From Candidatus Saccharimonadales bacterium (lineage in GTDB: Bacteria; Patescibacteriota; Saccharimonadia; QS-5-54-17): 64,000 nt of DNA. A model generated the notes under the pieces. That model searched no databases and was not told the origin of the DNA. It saw nothing but the letters and a program-made list of their open reading frames with translations. Position numbers and translations under genes: made by a program. The DNA lies in assembly GCA_040903985.1 (NCBI GenBank), contig JBBDUI010000002.1, forward strand, positions 518,038 to 582,037, read 5' to 3'. Below, one piece after another: positions 20,655 through 29,056 of the stretch. Within the stretch, counting starts at the first letter, position 1. Each line of letters opens with the position of its first letter.

Positions 20655-21560
20655 GTGCGTATTGCAATCCTGTCGCGGGGCGCCGCGAACTATTCTACTC
20701 GAGTCCTGGTAAGTGCCGCTGAGAAAGCCGGCCATGAAGCCGTGGTGCTCGACTACTTGAAATGTTACATGGAGGTGCAGCAGAATCGTCCCAGTGTCCA
20801 CTTTAACGGTGAGCGCCTGGGCAAAATCGACGCCATCATACCGCGTATCGGTCACTCGCATACCGGATATGGCTCGGCTGTAGTGCGACAGTTCGAGATG
20901 ATGAACGTCTACACCACTGCAAAATCGATTGCGATCGTGCGTTCTCGCGATAAGCTACGCAGTTTGCAGCTGCTGGGACGATCTGATATCGACATCCCGA
21001 AGACTGCTTTTGCCTCTCAGACTACCGATATCGCCGATCTGATCGAATTAGTAGGTGGAGCGCCCTTGATTGTGAAGCTGATTGAGAGTACCCATGGCGA
21101 AGGAGTAGTGCTGGCTCCCACCAAAAAGGAAGCTAAATCGATCGTGCAGGCCTTCTACAGTATCGGTCAGCCAATCTTAGTCCAAGAATTTATTGAAGAA
21201 GCCGGCGGAGCCGATATTCGCGCCTTTGTTGTCGGTGGACGCGTGGTCGGAGCGATGAAGCGCCAAGGCCTAGATGAAGAATTTCGTTCGAATCTACACC
21301 TCGGTGGTACTGGCGAAAAAGTTCTTCTGACCGATGCCGAGAAGAAAATTGCCGTTAAATCCGCTAAGAAGCTCGGCCTCGATATCGCCGGTGTGGATAT
21401 TCTACAGTCTGCGCGTGGACCTCTCGTTATCGAAGTTAACTCCTCCCCGGGACTGGAAGGAATCGAAGGTGCTACCGAACGGGATATAGCGAGTAAGATC
21501 ATCAAGTATGTTGAGATAAATGCCGGCCGCAAACCGAAGAAAGATAAGGTCGGAGCATAG
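20655..21560 (+). CDS. rimK: RimK-family alpha-L-glutamate ligase
   Basis: IIPRIG, RSRDKLRSLQLL, FRSNLHLGG, EVNSSPGLEGIE. Confidence 0.92.
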   Translation: MRIAILSRGAANYSTRVLVSAAEKAGHEAVVLDYLKCYMEVQQNRPSVHFNGERLGKIDAIIPRIGHSHTGYGSAVVRQFEMMNVYTTAKSIAIVRSRDKLRSLQLLGRSDIDIPKTAFASQTTDIADLIELVGGAPLIVKLIESTHGEGVVLAPTKKEAKSIVQAFYSIGQPILVQEFIEEAGGADIRAFVVGGRVVGAMKRQGLDEEFRSNLHLGGTGEKVLLTDAEKKIAVKSAKKLGLDIAGVDILQSARGPLVIEVNSSPGLEGIEGATERDIASKIIKYVEINAGRKPKKDKVGA

Positions 21561-21565
21561 GGCTG

Positions 21566-22012
21566 ATGTGGCGGCGCTTCACTATTCCGCTACTTATTCT
21601 CGGGTGCATCGCACTACTCGCATTAATCCTGACCCGTATTGAGGCGGATGACAGAGTACGAGTTGATTTCGACGCCGTATCCGTAGCGGTCGATGTAGCC
21701 GATACGCCAGAACTGCGTCAACAAGGCCTATCTGGCAGTGAGGCTTTAGATGAAGACGAGGGGATGCTGTTTGTATTTAACGAACCGAATAAGGTTTCTT
21801 TCCACATGCTAGATATGAACTTTGCTCTAGATATCATCTGGCTGGATGAAGAGCTCAAAGTAGTCGATATCGCTGCTGGCATCACACCTGAAACCTACCC
21901 TGAATCCTTTAAACCTATCACCCCGGCTAAGTATGTGCTGGAAGTGCACTCCGGCTTTGCCGCGCAGCATGGTATTAGTCTCGGTAGTCAGGCCACAATA
22001 GCTGGGCTGTAG
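21566..22012 (+). CDS. DUF192-family exported protein
   Basis: VADTPELRQQGL, EGMLFVF, LDIIWLD, KYVLEV; N-terminal TM/signal. Confidence 0.85.
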   Translation: MWRRFTIPLLILGCIALLALILTRIEADDRVRVDFDAVSVAVDVADTPELRQQGLSGSEALDEDEGMLFVFNEPNKVSFHMLDMNFALDIIWLDEELKVVDIAAGITPETYPESFKPITPAKYVLEVHSGFAAQHGISLGSQATIAGL

Positions 22013-22051
22013 TGGCGCGCCGCAAAACATAAGTGCTATGATAAGCACATC

Positions 22052-22543
22052 ATGAATGTCGACTTTCTCATCGCCGCCGCCGTAATCGGTATCAGTGCTT
22101 TAGCACTACATTTCAAAAGTCACGTTAAGTTCGTCGCTATGGGTGTGTTTATCGGTTTGGCCTTACTGCAGATCGTCTCCCTCGAAGGGCGCTTCGAGTC
22201 TGAGTTGGTAGAGAGCGCCGTAGCGGCTGTGCTCTTAGTAGTGCCAGCTTTGATATTAGGGGTTAACCACAGTGTGGACAAGCGTAAAAAGGGCAGTGTG
22301 GTTTGGAAGATAGTGTTTATACTGGTGTTTACTCTTTTCTTTCTCTCGAGCGTGGTCCAGGTGTTGCCTCCTGAGACTCAGCAGGCGATTATGGACCGTT
22401 CGATTATCGGTTGGCAGATCTTAGATAACTACGTATGGTTTACTTTTGCCGCCGCCATTTTGATTCTCATAGATAGCATCCAGCATCGCAGTTATGCCGA
22501 AAAAGCTAAAAAACGTAAGTCGAAGCTCAAATCCAGCCGCTAG
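22052..22543 (+). CDS. hypothetical membrane protein
   Basis: About five hydrophobic segments and a basic C-terminal tail. Confidence 0.7.
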   Translation: MNVDFLIAAAVIGISALALHFKSHVKFVAMGVFIGLALLQIVSLEGRFESELVESAVAAVLLVVPALILGVNHSVDKRKKGSVVWKIVFILVFTLFFLSSVVQVLPPETQQAIMDRSIIGWQILDNYVWFTFAAAILILIDSIQHRSYAEKAKKRKSKLKSSR

Positions 22544-22583
22544 CAGTTGCTATGTTTTAGTATAAATACTACAATTTAGCAAG

Positions 22584-23168
22584 ATGCAGATTGTGAGTTT
22601 TACCCCAGCGAAAAGGTTAGTGCAGCGAATGGCTGTTGAGGTGTGCGAACCTTACAGGGTACGGCCTGAAGCGGAGTTAGCTGCCGCAGCAGAAGAGGTA
22701 AAGAACCGATGGGTTATACGTAACCAAGAGTTATGGGAGTGTGAGATAGCTGCGCTTCAAAGGGTGATAGCTTATAAAAAATGGCTCATCGATGATAGGC
22801 CTGTGGTGCCCATCGATAATGCCCACCACGGAGTTAGGCTTACCGAACTACGGGGTGATGCGATCGTAACTTTTGCTCAACAAGTAGGCAGTAACGAGGC
22901 GCGCCTCTACGTGACTGAAGATATGCGCTATCCTATGTATACTCAAGTATTCGCACTGCGATCACATAGTGGTCGAATCCTCAGCCGCCCAGTTTGGGCC
23001 GGTGCTCGCCCTATCGAGGAAAACGATGTTAGAGCTGCCGTATTGGGAGTTTCAGTAGATACTCATGTGCAGAGTAAGGGTCAGTCCGGAGAGGGTAGGA
23101 CGACCCCGTCATATGTCTCGGAGTTGGCCGATGTTCTCGAGACTCACTTCGGTCCTTTGCCCGAATAG
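22584..23168 (+). CDS. hypothetical protein
   Basis: 194-aa ORF filling the gap before tRNA-Lys; no motif recognised. Confidence 0.55.
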   Translation: MQIVSFTPAKRLVQRMAVEVCEPYRVRPEAELAAAAEEVKNRWVIRNQELWECEIAALQRVIAYKKWLIDDRPVVPIDNAHHGVRLTELRGDAIVTFAQQVGSNEARLYVTEDMRYPMYTQVFALRSHSGRILSRPVWAGARPIEENDVRAAVLGVSVDTHVQSKGQSGEGRTTPSYVSELADVLETHFGPLPE

Positions 23169-23238
23169 TAGCCTCATATGAGCGTTGCTATCGCTAACTT
23201 TACAGTTTAGAATAGACAATGTTCTAACTATTTTTTAG

Positions 23239-23315
23239 GGGCCTGTAGCTCAGTCGGTTAGAGCAGCGGCCTTTTAAGCCGCGTGTCGTGGGTTCGAATC
23301 CCACCAGGCCCTCCA
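23239..23315 (+). tRNA. tRNA-Lys(TTT)
   Basis: GGGCCTG/CAGGCCC stem, GCGGC-CTTTTAA-GCCGC anticodon arm, TCCA end. Confidence 0.95.
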
Positions 23316-23355
23316 TATAAATACCTCGGCCATCGTGCCGGGGTATTTGTATGGA
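23312..23355 (+). terminator. hairpin after tRNA-Lys(TTT) whose stem includes the tRNA 3' end
   Basis: TCCATATAAATACCTCGGC-catcgt-GCCGGGGTATTTGTATGGA. Confidence 0.6.
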
Positions 23356-23494
23356 ATGAGTTTGATGCCGGGATTCGAACCCGAAAGGGCATAAACTACC
23401 AGTGGTAGTTTATGGATACATTGCTTGGCCGAGCGAGAAACGTATTTCGAGCGAGCATAATAACACACGAATCCCACCAGGCCCTCCATATAAA
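23316..23494. mobile_element. miniature tRNA-Lys-anchored element or integration scar
   Basis: 27-bp direct repeat (23295..23321 = 23468..23494) covering the tRNA 3' end; internal anti-T-arm GGGATTCGAACCC and an 11-bp perfect hairpin. Confidence 0.6.
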
Positions 23495-23506
23495 CATGGG
23501 TCAGAA

Positions 23507-23965
23507 CTATGCTTTTTGATAAGTACCCACTAGCTCGGTTCGAGTTAATACGTGACCACTTAGTGCATCTTCGACATCTTCTTTGTCTGCATCTTCGGGC
23601 AAGTCGAGTTTTGAGTCTAGTGCATACAGACGGAAGAAATAGCGATGTTCACCAGTTGGCGGGCAGGGACCGGTGTAGGCTTTCTCGCCTCGGCCATTTA
23701 GACCTTGGACGGCGAACGGCGGAACGGAACCCTCGGCAATTTCAGTGGTTGTTGGTGGGATGTTCCAAACTACCCAATGATCGAAGGTGTGCCCTGGTCC
23801 ATTTGGATCGGTAGCGGCATCAGGGTCATCACAGATTAGTACCAGACTTTGCGCTTCAGTAGGCGCATCGCTAATTTGAAGGGGAGGATTATGATTGCTA
23901 CCTTCACAGGTGTAGAGCTTATCGATAGTCTCGCCATCGTTAAAAACTGGGCTAGAAAGCTTCAT
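23507..23965 (-). CDS. YbhB/YbcL (PEBP-family) protein
   Basis: YTCEG, LICDDPDA, FDHWVVWNIP, YTGPCPP, HRYFFRLYALD. Confidence 0.92.
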   Translation of the reverse strand: MKLSSPVFNDGETIDKLYTCEGSNHNPPLQISDAPTEAQSLVLICDDPDAATDPNGPGHTFDHWVVWNIPPTTTEIAEGSVPPFAVQGLNGRGEKAYTGPCPPTGEHRYFFRLYALDSKLDLPEDADKEDVEDALSGHVLTRTELVGTYQKA

Positions 23966-24026
23966 GCTTTCTCCTCTCGCATTACCGTTCTATTATAACA
24001 GTTACCTCTGCTATAATAGGGCGGAT

Positions 24027-24101
24027 GCGGGTATAGTACAGTGGCTAGTATGCCAGCCTTCCAAGCTGGAGACGAGAGTTCGACTCTCTCTACCCGCACC
24101 A
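24027..24101 (+). tRNA. tRNA-Gly(TCC)
   Basis: GCGGGTA/TACCCGC stem, CCAGC-CTTCCAA-GCTGG, ACCA end. Confidence 0.95.
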
Positions 24102-24205
24102 CGTCAGACTAAACCTTCAGCTTCCGTAAAACAGCGGAAGCTGTTTTACTTTCAGCTTACGGTTTGTCTTCCTTATCCAAACGAAACAGTAACGTTTCGT
24201 TTGGG
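24102..24205 (+). repeat. tRNA-trailer structured repeat, copy 2
   Basis: Near-identical to 1333..1435; begins on the base after CCA. Confidence 0.9.
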
Positions 24206-24253
24206 GGTGCGGCTTTATACTTTATACTGAATACGTAATACTAATTACCATGT

Positions 24254-24330
24254 GCCCCGGTAGCTCAGCTGGATAGAGCAATGGAGTTCTAACCCATAGG
24301 TCGTAGGTTCGAATCCTACCCGGGGCACCA
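24254..24330 (+). tRNA. tRNA-Arg(TCT)
   Basis: GCCCCGG/CCGGGGC stem, GTTCTAA loop, GGTTCGAATCC, ACCA. Confidence 0.93.
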
Positions 24331-24344
24331 ATAGGTTGTTTAAT

Positions 24345-25304
24345 TTATGTGGTTCTTAGCTCCCACTTCGGTGGGTAAAAATAGTCGATAGGTTCGGCAT
24401 TAGGCTTGTGGCGCGCTTTAATCCGAATTCTGTTACTGGATAATTTGGGGACTGCTTCGCGGCAGTATTTGTCTAGCTCACAAAATAGTCCCTGGCAGTC
24501 TATGGCATGGAGCTTCCGACCATGAAGGCCATCAAATTCAAGTCCGAGTCGACTAAACTCATCGTCCTGTCTCTCTACCATTTGCAGAATGATTTCTTCT
24601 GGCGAGAGGTCGCCACGAGACTTGAATGCTTTGTTAATTCCCCGTAGTGCGCCAGGCCCGGCTCGTGTAAATGAGTTTTCGCTGAAATTAATGTAAGGCG
24701 TATAGTTGAGATCTATTGTGAGCTGATAGGCCATGAAATCTCCGATTAAAGGGTAGCTGCGCAAGAGCTGGTAGACGTCCCCTAAGCTAATAGCAGCAAG
24801 AAGTTTCTTATCTAGATGATCGAGAATGAACATGTGCCTGAAGAGAGCGATATGATTCAGATACTTTTCGCTATGCCCGTAGGCCGTATTAGCGCAGAGG
24901 ATAAAAGCGCCAGTATAGAGTTTACCGTTTATCTCTTTAACGTGGGCTAGCGCTCGGGTGAGAATATCATCTTCTAGGTCGGTAATGAGCGGCTGACGAC
25001 CAAGGTAGTTTGTGATCTCATCCCAAGTCTCGGGTCGGCTAAAGAACCGAAAAGCTATCACTCGAAACAGTACATCTGATGGGTCCGCCTGCGGGTCTAT
25101 GTAGGCTATATTACGAATTAGATATTGCGACACGCGGTCGCTGGCTCGGAAGACGTTGCAGAACTTATAGGTAGCTAGGATAGGGTCATCGGTCCAGGGA
25201 CCGGGTTCTCCGCGGGCGCGCCGCTGGAAGATAGCTTGACGCTCGGCAGCATAGTACCAGTAGAGGTCGTAGATTTCGGTCCGAGGTATGGGTGTTTGAA
25301 TCAT
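24345..25304 (-). CDS. putative DNA base hypermodification protein (5-hmdU kinase helical / aGPT-pyrophosphorylase family)
   Basis: ERQAIF…PWTDDPIL…YKFCNVFRASDRVSQYLI, IGDFMAYQLTIDLNY, GPGALRGI, QGLFCELDKY. Confidence 0.75.
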   Translation of the reverse strand: MIQTPIPRTEIYDLYWYYAAERQAIFQRRARGEPGPWTDDPILATYKFCNVFRASDRVSQYLIRNIAYIDPQADPSDVLFRVIAFRFFSRPETWDEITNYLGRQPLITDLEDDILTRALAHVKEINGKLYTGAFILCANTAYGHSEKYLNHIALFRHMFILDHLDKKLLAAISLGDVYQLLRSYPLIGDFMAYQLTIDLNYTPYINFSENSFTRAGPGALRGINKAFKSRGDLSPEEIILQMVERQDDEFSRLGLEFDGLHGRKLHAIDCQGLFCELDKYCREAVPKLSSNRIRIKARHKPNAEPIDYFYPPKWELRTT

Positions 25305-25390
25305 GCTTGATATTATAGCGGGTCGTTGTTGCGTACTATTACCGTCTAGTTTTAGTGCGGTTGAGCGCGTACTAGTGGTAATTGCACAAA

Positions 25391-25428
25391 ATCTTCAAAA
25401 AGTGTCCGATCGGACACTTTTTGAAGAT
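25391..25428. repeat. 38-bp perfect palindrome, copy 1 (REP-like)
   Basis: ATCTTCAAAAAGTGTCCGA|TCGGACACTTTTTGAAGAT; 42 bp (25392..25433) are identical to 58525..58566. Confidence 0.9.
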
Positions 25429-25508
25429 AGTTGGGTCGGTACGATATCTGAGACTGGCACTAGATATGATCGATGCAGACGTGTTAAGCCGGTCAGCCGC
25501 TTGTGAGG

Positions 25509-25946
25509 TTACGCTCCGTGATGCTCAGCTTCGGCCGCTTCGGCTTCAGCGAAAGTGTTATGGATCGTACCGTGTGCATGTTCGCCAGGAGCGTAGATTG
25601 AGTAGAGTTTGAGCGGGATATCACCAGTATTGATGATGTTGTGCCAGGTACCGGCCGGAACGAAGATAGCGAAGTCGTCCTCGACTGCCCACTCTTGATC
25701 AAGGTTGTCTTCGCTTGGTCCCATTACGACCTTAGCTTCACCTTCTTCAATGCGGAGAAACTGGTCGTGGTCGTTGTGCACTTCTAAACCAACCTCACCA
25801 CCAGCTGGAATCGCCATCACGGTCATCTGTAGGTTAGCTCCAGTCCACTTAGCGACGCGGAAAAGCTCGTTTTCTTTAGTCAGTTCTTCGATGTCTATCA
25901 CGTATGGTTGCGGTCCATAATCGTTCATGTCCATTGTTCCCTCCAT
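25509..25946 (-). CDS. cupin-domain protein
   Basis: GGEVGLEVH…DQFLRIEEG…FVPAGTWHNIIN…LKLYSIYAP. Confidence 0.9.
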   Translation of the reverse strand: MEGTMDMNDYGPQPYVIDIEELTKENELFRVAKWTGANLQMTVMAIPAGGEVGLEVHNDHDQFLRIEEGEAKVVMGPSEDNLDQEWAVEDDFAIFVPAGTWHNIINTGDIPLKLYSIYAPGEHAHGTIHNTFAEAEAAEAEHHGA

Positions 25947-26056
25947 TCATTTATAACTAATCACTTATCTTATTGTATAGGTAAAATCGAGCTTTATAAA
26001 ATCAAGCGGATGTTATAATAAAAGATAGTATGTAAGTAAGGCAGGGAGGGATATTT

Positions 26057-26302
26057 ATGGCTAAACGTGAAGTCGTACGCGAGGTACCGGAAGAGACCCT
26101 AGACCGAGAGACGGTAGTACTGGACAAACGGGAAGGTGGGGGTCCGGGCGGAATCATCGCACTCATCGTCGGCTTGATAGTTTTATCTTTGCTTATCTGG
26201 TTAGTAGTGGGTATGTTCGATACCACTGAAGACACAACTCCGGAGACTACAACTCCGAACAGCATCGAGGCCGATATTAACGCAGGTACGGACGCTCAGT
26301 AG
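26057..26302 (+). CDS. small single-TM protein
   Basis: Strong AGGGAGG RBS; central TM helix; acidic Thr-rich tail. Confidence 0.7.
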   Translation: MAKREVVREVPEETLDRETVVLDKREGGGPGGIIALIVGLIVLSLLIWLVVGMFDTTEDTTPETTTPNSIEADINAGTDAQ

Positions 26303-26416
26303 TCCCCATATCGCTCAGTTAGTGAATTTGCCGTGACCGTGGTGCAGCTTGCTCCTCATAGCTTGAGCTTTAGGCTTTATGGCAGATACTTTATACTCTA
26401 TACTTTGTAGCGGTAT

Positions 26417-26494
26417 GGCGGGTGTAGCTCAGTTGGTTAGAGCGCCTGGTTGTGGTCTAGGAGGCCGTGGGTTCAAGTCCCATCACTCGCCCCA
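26417..26494 (+). tRNA. tRNA-His(GTG)
   Basis: G-1:C73 extended stem GGCGGGTG/CACTCGCC, TTGTGGT loop, CCA. Confidence 0.94.
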
Positions 26495-26534
26495 AGAAAA
26501 GTGTCCTCGTGCAAGCGGGGGCATTTTTCTTGGG
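26491..26534 (+). terminator. hairpin after tRNA-His whose stem includes the CCA
   Basis: CCCAAGAAAAGTGTCCTCG-tgcaag-CGGGGGCATTTTTCTTGGG. Confidence 0.6.
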
Positions 26535-26605
26535 ATCTACTCAGACGTTTTGAATGTAGTGGTGCTAATTGCTCATTATTACCTTAGGCCTGTATAGTTT
26601 AGATC

Positions 26606-27616
26606 ATGAATCAGCCTGAATTAACGGTTATCAAGAGCACTAAAGAGTGGGATAAGTTCGTCGATAGTAGTCCCTTCGGTCACCCCCAGCAGCTTTCGGC
26701 CTGGGCCAAGTTAAAGCAGCGTAATGGTTGGGAGAGTGTCCGGGTGGGGGTAGTAAATGGCGGCTCTATCGTGGCTGGAGCTCAGATTTTGCTCCTGAAG
26801 GCGCCGGTCATCGGCTATACCATTGCCTACATCCCCCGCGGTCCACTATTTGCTACCGATAAATCGGTCTCAGAGTCCGACTTACTGAATAGCTTAGGTG
26901 AGATTGCTCGAGCGCACGGGGCGACGCTACTTAAGATCGAACCGGCTCTACAGCAGCTCGATCTACCTGTCGGTTGGCGAGTTGCAAAGCGCCAGATTCT
27001 GCACCCTAAGACATCGGTGATCCAGCTTAAGTCCAGTTCAGAGGAAGAGATTTTAAACTCCTTTCATAAGGATGCTCGCTATTCGATTCGCCGCGCTACT
27101 CGTAACGGTGTTGAGATCAGGGAGGTTAAGTCGGTCGAAGAAATAGCGGTGATGTGGGAGGTGTATCAAAGCACTTCGGATCGCGCCGGTTTTAATCTCT
27201 ACAGTTTCGATTACTATAAAAAAGTTTTTACCTATCTCGGTGAGCATACTAAGGTTTGGTTGGCGTATCACGAAGGCAAACCGGCCGGGTTTGCCTGGAC
27301 GGCTCACGTTAACAATGTGGCTGTATACCTCTACGGTGGCTCAAATGAACTGGGTCGGAAGCAGCTGGCTAACTATCTGTTGCAATGGGAGGTCATTCGC
27401 TACTACAAGCAAGCGGGCGTCGAATATTATGATTTGAATGGTCACATCAACGATGGAGTAGGCTCATTTAAAACTAAGTTTGCTCAAGAGCAGGTAGAGT
27501 ATGTTGGTACATATGATTTGCCGCTGCATCCAGTGATGTATGCCTTGGGGGAGTCAGTCCTGCCACGCCTAGCTCCGTTGTTGCGTCAAGCCAAAAGCAT
27601 ACTGCGGCGCGGCTAG
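26606..27616 (+). CDS. FemAB/FemX-family peptidoglycan peptidyltransferase
   Basis: HPQQLSAWAKLK, AYIPRGP, RYSIRRA, YLYGGS, NYLLQWE, FKTKF. Confidence 0.88.
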   Translation: MNQPELTVIKSTKEWDKFVDSSPFGHPQQLSAWAKLKQRNGWESVRVGVVNGGSIVAGAQILLLKAPVIGYTIAYIPRGPLFATDKSVSESDLLNSLGEIARAHGATLLKIEPALQQLDLPVGWRVAKRQILHPKTSVIQLKSSSEEEILNSFHKDARYSIRRATRNGVEIREVKSVEEIAVMWEVYQSTSDRAGFNLYSFDYYKKVFTYLGEHTKVWLAYHEGKPAGFAWTAHVNNVAVYLYGGSNELGRKQLANYLLQWEVIRYYKQAGVEYYDLNGHINDGVGSFKTKFAQEQVEYVGTYDLPLHPVMYALGESVLPRLAPLLRQAKSILRRG

Positions 27617-28908
27617 TTAGTTTTGAACTTAGCGCCGATACTCTCAAGTTTGTCTAAGAACTGGTCGTAACCACGCAGTAGGTGCTCTACACCCGTCAAG
27701 GTCGAGGTGCCGTCTGCGACCAGCGCGGCTATTACGTGAGCCATGCCAGCACGAATGTCGGGAATCTCGATTTTAGCTCCACGTAAGCGGCTCGGTCCTT
27801 GGATAATAGCGCTGTGTTTATGCGATTCACCTTTGAAACGGCATTCTAGCTCGCCTAAGCATTTAGTGAAGACGGCGATATTTGCCCCCATTTGATTTAG
27901 TACCTCGGTATAGCCGAAGCGATCTTCATAGACCGTTTCGTGTACTACGGAGAGTCCGTCAGCTTGAGTAAGGACTACGATGAGCGGCTGCTGCCAGTCA
28001 GTACTGAAGCCGGGCCAGGTATCGGTCTCTAGCTCGGCCCCGCGTAGACCCTCCGGCCCGCGCTTAAAAGTGATGTCGCTGTCATTTACCTGGTAGTCCC
28101 CACCGATTCTGCGAATAGTGTTGAGGAAAGTGCTGAGATCGCCCTGATAGGCTCCTTTTACGGTGATTTTGCCGTTCGTAGCGATGGCGGCTGCGGCGTA
28201 GGAGGCGGCTTCGAGCCGATCGGGCATGACGCGGTAGGATGCGCCATGTAAACGCTCTACCCCGTCGATGATGATGACACGGTTAGCACGAAACTCGATG
28301 ATAGCCCCCATTTGCTGGAGGAGCTTAATCAGATCTAATATCTCTGGCTCGGTCGCAGCGTTGTAGATGCTGGTGCGCCCTTCGGCTAGTACGGCTGCTA
28401 GTAGGATGTTCTCAGTAGCTCCAACACTGGGATAGGGCAAGCGGATAGTGGTGCCTTGCAGGCGAGAAGCCCGGGCATGATAGCCGGTGGCATCGGCTGA
28501 TATCTGAGCCCCCATTTGTTCTAGGGCTTGGATGTGAAAATTCACCGGTCGAGGGCCGATGTGGTCGCCATCTACGACAGGTACTTCGGCTTCACCGAGT
28601 CGGTGGAGCAGAGGGCTGAGGGCGAGAATCGAGATGCGGTTTTTGCGCGACAGCTGCTTCACGCCCGCACCGGTAAGACTCTCGGCATGGATACGGATGG
28701 TGTGATCCTCGCGCTCAACGCTAGCGCCAGTTGCCTTGATGATGTCAGTTGTGATGTCGATTTCCGAGATTTTAGGAATGTTATAGAGAACAACCGGCTC
28801 GTCAGTCAGGAGAGCCGCAATCATCATTTTAGTAGCAGCATTTTTAGCACCACTGATCGTGACCTCTCCATGGAGTGGTTTACCGCCGGTAATTTTGAGT
28901 GCCTGCAT
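27613..28908 (-). CDS. murA: UDP-N-acetylglucosamine 1-carboxyvinyltransferase
   Basis: SGAKNAA, IGPRPVNFH, PSVGATENI, PGFSTDWQ, DIRAGMA, HLLRGY. Confidence 0.95.
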   Translation of the reverse strand: MQALKITGGKPLHGEVTISGAKNAATKMMIAALLTDEPVVLYNIPKISEIDITTDIIKATGASVEREDHTIRIHAESLTGAGVKQLSRKNRISILALSPLLHRLGEAEVPVVDGDHIGPRPVNFHIQALEQMGAQISADATGYHARASRLQGTTIRLPYPSVGATENILLAAVLAEGRTSIYNAATEPEILDLIKLLQQMGAIIEFRANRVIIIDGVERLHGASYRVMPDRLEAASYAAAAIATNGKITVKGAYQGDLSTFLNTIRRIGGDYQVNDSDITFKRGPEGLRGAELETDTWPGFSTDWQQPLIVVLTQADGLSVVHETVYEDRFGYTEVLNQMGANIAVFTKCLGELECRFKGESHKHSAIIQGPSRLRGAKIEIPDIRAGMAHVIAALVADGTSTLTGVEHLLRGYDQFLDKLESIGAKFKTN

Positions 28909-28979
28909 AGTCTTGATTGTACCAAGCTATCTGGCTTTATGCTCATTTGCTTTGCTGGTAGAGTAGGTAGTGCCTGTAT

Positions 28980-29056
28980 GCCCCCGTAGCTCAGCTGGAT
29001 AGAGCGTCAGTTTCCGGAACTGAAGGCCATAGGTTCGAATCCTGTCGGGGGCACCA
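28980..29056 (+). tRNA. tRNA-Arg(CCG)
   Basis: GCCCCCG/CGGGGGC stem, TCAGT-TTCCGGA-ACTGA, ACCA. Confidence 0.95.

Noticed and set aside
23274-26597. ORFs 23274..23489, 23964..24230 and 26379..26597
   Set aside because: They overlap tRNA genes or structured repeats; their translations are tRNA artefacts.
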